From a virus, in the IMG/VR virus record IMGVR_UViG_3300045988_075126, positions 1-64,000 of that record: 64,000 bases of DNA; one strand, written 5' to 3'. This document shows positions 60,484-64,000 of this stretch, piece by piece (positions within the stretch are counted from its first letter, which is position 1; each line of letters begins with the position of its first letter). The notes beneath the pieces were generated by a model. That model was not told the origin of the DNA. It saw only the letters and a list, made by a program, of their open reading frames with translations, and did no database searches. Position numbers and translations under genes: made by a program.

Positions 60484-60792
60484 ATGGCAGACATGGAATT
60501 TGGAAAATGTGATATTTGTGGCAAAGAAGCTGCTTTATCACGTACATATTTCAAATATAGAATAGGTAGTTGTGAGTGTTGTGAAAGCAAATTGCGTGAT
60601 GGCTCAAAAGGTCATTTTGAGGTTGTGCATCATTGCAATAAATGCGTTCCTCATTTACCTACAGTTATTCATCCTTTATTTAAGGCTTTAGATGGTAAAG
60701 TTTACAGAGCAAATGTTACTAACGTTTTACCATTTGAAATTGAAGGTAAATACATTATCGAAGAACCAGTAATCAAGGAGGATAAGCAATGA
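60484..60792 (+). CDS. Cys-rich (zinc-ribbon-like) protein (102 aa)
   Basis: 'CDIC...CECC...HHCNKC'. Confidence 0.65.
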   Translation: MADMEFGKCDICGKEAALSRTYFKYRIGSCECCESKLRDGSKGHFEVVHHCNKCVPHLPTVIHPLFKALDGKVYRANVTNVLPFEIEGKYIIEEPVIKEDKQ

Positions 60793-61304
60793 GCAAAATG
60801 AACGTTAAGGAGTCACTTCTAGATGTTGTTAAAAGCAACAACCTAGAGATACTCAAAATAGATTTATTTAACGATTTTGAGTTGTTCGTAAGAGAAGGCA
60901 CTAGGGAACGTAATGAGTATTGCAAGACTTATACAACATTAGACGATTTGGATTTTGAGGTAGAGGCTTACTTGCTGAATGATGAAGTACGTGGAATTGT
61001 ATACTGCCAAGATAAAGACACAAAAGAACCTGTGTGGATTGAACCTTGGAGTGATGAATGCTGTTCTTGGTGGCAGGTTAGCAGAGTCCCAAAGTTCTAC
61101 AAACGAAATACTTTAAATGAAGTAAAGTTATTATTAATCAGTGCTAGAAACAGGTTTCGTAGTGCTATTGATGGTGTGATGATACCTCCTGATGAGAGAT
61201 ATAGAGAAAAGTCAAAAGCATTTGAGGAACTTGAAAAAGCACTTGAAGAGTTGGAAAACGAAACTATGTGGGTAAGCAAGCCCGATAAGGAGGACAAGGT
61301 ATGA
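60789..61304 (+). CDS. Hypothetical protein (171 aa)
   Basis: 4-nt overlaps on both sides. Confidence 0.65.
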   Translation: MSKMNVKESLLDVVKSNNLEILKIDLFNDFELFVREGTRERNEYCKTYTTLDDLDFEVEAYLLNDEVRGIVYCQDKDTKEPVWIEPWSDECCSWWQVSRVPKFYKRNTLNEVKLLLISARNRFRSAIDGVMIPPDERYREKSKAFEELEKALEELENETMWVSKPDKEDKV

Positions 61305-61651
61305 ATTACAAAAAGATACTAACGAGATACATTCAAGGAAGGCTGTCAGAATTGTCTAATGTTGACGCTTATGAACCAAACAAGTTGGCATTAACTAACA
61401 TGTTGTGGTTTCTTGGCAAGGCAACCAGTAATGAAGTGATTGTGGCAAAGCTTAAAATCATGGATGGTGCTGATATAAAAAGAAAGAAATATCTTAGTAG
61501 GTATGATGGTAACGAATCATTATACGAGGATGATTATTCCAAGGCGGTAGGAACTATCGGAAAGGATTGCTTGACGTATTTACAAAACGCCAAAAATGAG
61601 GTGCAAGATGAAAACAAGGCAAGCCAAGAAGATTTTGAAGAGCCGGAATGA
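61301..61651 (+). CDS. Hypothetical protein (116 aa)
   Basis: Compact same-strand ORF. Confidence 0.6.
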   Translation: MNYKKILTRYIQGRLSELSNVDAYEPNKLALTNMLWFLGKATSNEVIVAKLKIMDGADIKRKKYLSRYDGNESLYEDDYSKAVGTIGKDCLTYLQNAKNEVQDENKASQEDFEEPE

Positions 61652-61751
61652 TTATTGGTGGTCAAGAAGATATTGGTATAAGTTAGAATTTGACCAATTG
61701 CGTTTTAAAGACCACCGCATCACAAAGGCGATAAGATTAACAAAAAAGTAG
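61608..61751 (+). CDS. Small basic protein (47 aa), paralog of the 62142..62402 N-terminus
   Basis: 'MKTRQAKKILK...DHRITKAIRLTKK' versus 'MKIRQAKKIMK...DHRLLKAMRLTQK'. Confidence 0.45.
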   Translation: MKTRQAKKILKSRNDYWWSRRYWYKLEFDQLRFKDHRITKAIRLTKK

Positions 61752-61757
61752 TAGTGT

Positions 61758-62138
61758 ATGAATATAGAATTTTTATATCTTAGTATGAGCTTTATCTACA
61801 TCCTGCTTGTTTGTTTGGATGGAGAAGATGTTAAGCCAAAATGGAAGCAATGGCTAGCTGACCAACTAGGCATCAAACCAAAGATAGAGGTTAGATACAT
61901 AAAGCCACAAGTTATTAAGCTTCATTCAAGAGTTGCAATGTCAAGCTTTGAAATGCAATATTATTGCCGTGACAAATCTGGCATGGAGCAATTGAAGAGA
62001 AGAGCAATAGAAAGTGTGTATGATGGCATTCTCCGGGAAATGAAGGCAAACGAATTGGTTTCCATTTCGCAATATAATGACATTTATAGTAATAACACTA
62101 TTTATGAGGGGACATGTGAAATTTATAAAAATAATTAG
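61758..62138 (+). CDS. Hypothetical protein with an N-terminal TM segment (126 aa)
   Basis: Compact same-strand ORF. Confidence 0.6.
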   Translation: MNIEFLYLSMSFIYILLVCLDGEDVKPKWKQWLADQLGIKPKIEVRYIKPQVIKLHSRVAMSSFEMQYYCRDKSGMEQLKRRAIESVYDGILREMKANELVSISQYNDIYSNNTIYEGTCEIYKNN

Positions 62139-62141
62139 TAT

Positions 62142-62402
62142 ATGAAGATTAGACAAGCAAAGAAGATAATGAAGGAAGTCTATAAAACCCGATATTGGGC
62201 TTATAGACAAGGCTATTATTGTGGCAAAACGGATGCAGGAAAGCTAGCCGGAGACCATCGTTTGTTAAAGGCTATGCGTCTTACACAGAAGTGGGAAATC
62301 CGCAAGATGCGAAATAAAATATTGAAGAAGAATCCGTTCAAACCGAGAGACCTTCGACGTAGTGTTTTAAAATTAATGAGATATGGATGTAGCAATGCTT
62401 AA
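62142..62402 (+). CDS. Small basic protein (86 aa)
   Basis: Paralogous to 61608..61751. Confidence 0.6.
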   Translation: MKIRQAKKIMKEVYKTRYWAYRQGYYCGKTDAGKLAGDHRLLKAMRLTQKWEIRKMRNKILKKNPFKPRDLRRSVLKLMRYGCSNA

Positions 62403-62459
62403 TCGTAAAATTCTCGGTGTAGATTTTGAATATAAAAACTTCTAAAATGAAAAAGAGAT

Positions 62460-62897
62460 ATGGAAATTAAAGATAACAAATTAGTCCTAGACATTCCTGA
62501 AGGAATGGAAGTGGACGTTGAAAAAAGTGACTTAAAAGCTGGTGTTATAGCATTCAAAAAGAGTCCCCTCAGCTATGAGGATGTTGTATGTTCTTTAAGA
62601 GACCATTGTTTTAGACCTGTCGTATTGAATGTTACTAATTGTAATGTAGAGAAAATTGCAGCATATGATAGGCTTATGGATATAGCAAAGTACTATAATG
62701 GTGATTGGAAGCCAAACTGGAGTGATGCAGGAGAAAGTAAATACGTAATCATAGCAGGCAAATTAGGAAATTTGTTTGTAGAAACTAAATTTGAAACAAA
62801 TTATGGTGTTGTCTGTTTCCGAAGCAAAGAAGATGCCCAAGCTGTTATTGGTAATCCGAATTTCAGAAGCATTCTTGATGCTATTTACAAGGATTAA
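62460..62897 (+). CDS. Hypothetical protein (145 aa)
   Basis: Compact same-strand ORF. Confidence 0.65.
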   Translation: MEIKDNKLVLDIPEGMEVDVEKSDLKAGVIAFKKSPLSYEDVVCSLRDHCFRPVVLNVTNCNVEKIAAYDRLMDIAKYYNGDWKPNWSDAGESKYVIIAGKLGNLFVETKFETNYGVVCFRSKEDAQAVIGNPNFRSILDAIYKD

Positions 62898-62908
62898 AAC
62901 GGTGGTTT

Positions 62909-63148
62909 ATGAAAGAAATGTTCTTTAAGAGTGTAAAGTTCCGTGAAGTTCAGCATTGGGCATTCTCGGATGAATATATAACCGCATACGTGTCGGTGGA
63001 CAATGTTCCTAAGATATACCTAAGTGTTAATACACCTCGTGACGAATATGGGTTTGCGAAAGGCAAACCAAAGCGTTACTTTAGAGTAGGGTTAGGGAAA
63101 TGGCTCACCGAACGAGCGTTTGTTAAAAAATATTTTAGTGAAGAATGA
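62909..63148 (+). CDS. Hypothetical protein (79 aa)
   Basis: Compact same-strand ORF. Confidence 0.6.
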   Translation: MKEMFFKSVKFREVQHWAFSDEYITAYVSVDNVPKIYLSVNTPRDEYGFAKGKPKRYFRVGLGKWLTERAFVKKYFSEE

Positions 63149-63152
63149 AAAT

Positions 63153-63416
63153 ATGAAGAATAAAGACAAAATAATCAATGAGTTTCTGAGCAACTTGTGG
63201 CATGATGCAATTGAGGCTCCTGACTTGGATAGACGAATCTTGTATGTATATAAGCCTAATGGTGAGATAAATCCACCAATATATATCAGAGAGGCTACAT
63301 ACGAAAAGATACGTTGGAAGGAATGTGGTTACAAGCCAATAAATCCAGAACGGATTATTATTCGTTGGCTCTACTTGGATGAATTGTTTCCTAAGAAAGG
63401 AGGTGATAGCAAATGA
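63153..63416 (+). CDS. DUF551-like small protein (tentative)
   Basis: 'WHDAIEAPD' ... 'IRWLYLDELF'; the track start is TTG, ATG used. Confidence 0.6.
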   Translation: MKNKDKIINEFLSNLWHDAIEAPDLDRRILYVYKPNGEINPPIYIREATYEKIRWKECGYKPINPERIIIRWLYLDELFPKKGGDSK

Positions 63417-63586
63417 CCGAGGCAGAATTTAATAAGTTTGTACTTGTATTAGAGAACGAGGCGTTTCGGTTTTCAAGAAGCCAAAAAGAATTTAAGGAAC
63501 ATCGAGTAGTGATAGAGCAGTCTTTCAAGATAGGAGGGCTGTTCATTCTTCGAGAGTTGGAAAAGTATTTTAATCAAAAGAAGTAG
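63413..63586 (+). CDS. Hypothetical small protein (57 aa)
   Basis: ATGA overlap with the upstream stop; below the track threshold. Confidence 0.45.
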   Translation: MTEAEFNKFVLVLENEAFRFSRSQKEFKEHRVVIEQSFKIGGLFILRELEKYFNQKK

Positions 63587-63590
63587 GAGT

Positions 63591-63764
63591 ATGAAAAAAG
63601 TTTCTTTGACTGATGATGAGCTAGAATTACTTATTATCGGGCTGCATTGTGTAGATAGGTCTAATTATAACAACTACGGACGATATTACGATTCTTATGA
63701 TAAAGTGTCGCAAATGAAGGAAGAACTTAGGATTAAACTTAAGAGGGAGTTGTATAATTTTTAG
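63591..63764 (+). CDS. Hypothetical small protein (57 aa)
   Basis: ATG ORF 4 nt after the previous stop. Confidence 0.45.
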   Translation: MKKVSLTDDELELLIIGLHCVDRSNYNNYGRYYDSYDKVSQMKEELRIKLKRELYNF

Positions 63765-63794
63765 TTTTGAATAGTAGCTTAAATATATTAAGAT

Positions 63795-64000
63795 ATGGAA
63801 TTAAAGATAAAAACGAATCATGCATTACCTTGCCGTACAGAGGTATTCACAATTAACGGAAAGAATGCCGAACAAAATGATTTTGGTGATATGTATGACC
63901 ATCATGCTCAAGATGCAGAGCCTTATGCTTGTGCCGATATGCACTTTGACCCAAAGCCTCCAACAAAGGAAGTACTAAACCGCTATAATATAACGGATAA
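63795..64000 (+). CDS. Hypothetical protein, 3'-truncated by the window end
   Basis: ATG ORF open to the window edge. Confidence 0.45.
   Translation, partial: MELKIKTNHALPCRTEVFTINGKNAEQNDFGDMYDHHAQDAEPYACADMHFDPKPPTKEVLNRYNITD

Overview
The window is one contiguous, densely packed, AT-rich mobile genome. It is most likely a temperate tailed phage of a Bacteroidota host, present either as a prophage or as an attP-permuted phage contig. The host assignment rests on Bacteroides/Prevotella-type promoters (-33 TTTG, -7 TAnnTTTG) in front of most operons and the absence of obvious Shine-Dalgarno use.

Gene order, left to right:
- A 3' fragment of tRNA-Arg(UCU), probably the att core, flanked by TGCCGCAAA repeats and followed by a tyrosine integrase.
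- A divergent-promoter regulatory region and early genes.
- A PAPS-reductase / ParB-like / PAPS-reductase trio.
- A transcription factor that fuses an excisionase-type HTH, sigma-70 region 4 and an RNAP alpha-CTD-like domain.
- A RelA/SpoT-type synthetase plus small alarmone hydrolase module on the minus strand.
- ParB-like, TerS, TerL and portal genes.
- A Dit-like protein and a 4,847-aa Tal/tail-fibre giant ending in an S74 chaperone domain.
- A minus-strand operon of unknown, possibly virion, proteins.
- A lysis cassette with a GH108 endolysin.
- About 20 kb of small early-type genes. These include RNase H, Dcm and Dam methyltransferases, an intact IscB RNA-guided nuclease with its upstream omegaRNA region, a ~600-nt ORF-free helix-dense region with a tRNA-like 3' end, and a radical-SAM cluster.

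In the radical-SAM cluster an RlmN/Cfr-like enzyme appears split into two ORFs, with a second radical-SAM gene and a SAM methyltransferase between them.

Two families of conserved regulatory motifs are visible: a 27-nt leader hairpin motif (8 copies) and an inverted repeat placed exactly 48 nt upstream of four -7 boxes.

All functional calls come from motif recognition by eye and recalled family signatures. No database search or folding program was run. Several ORF-track starts are TTG codons and were moved to the next in-frame ATG.
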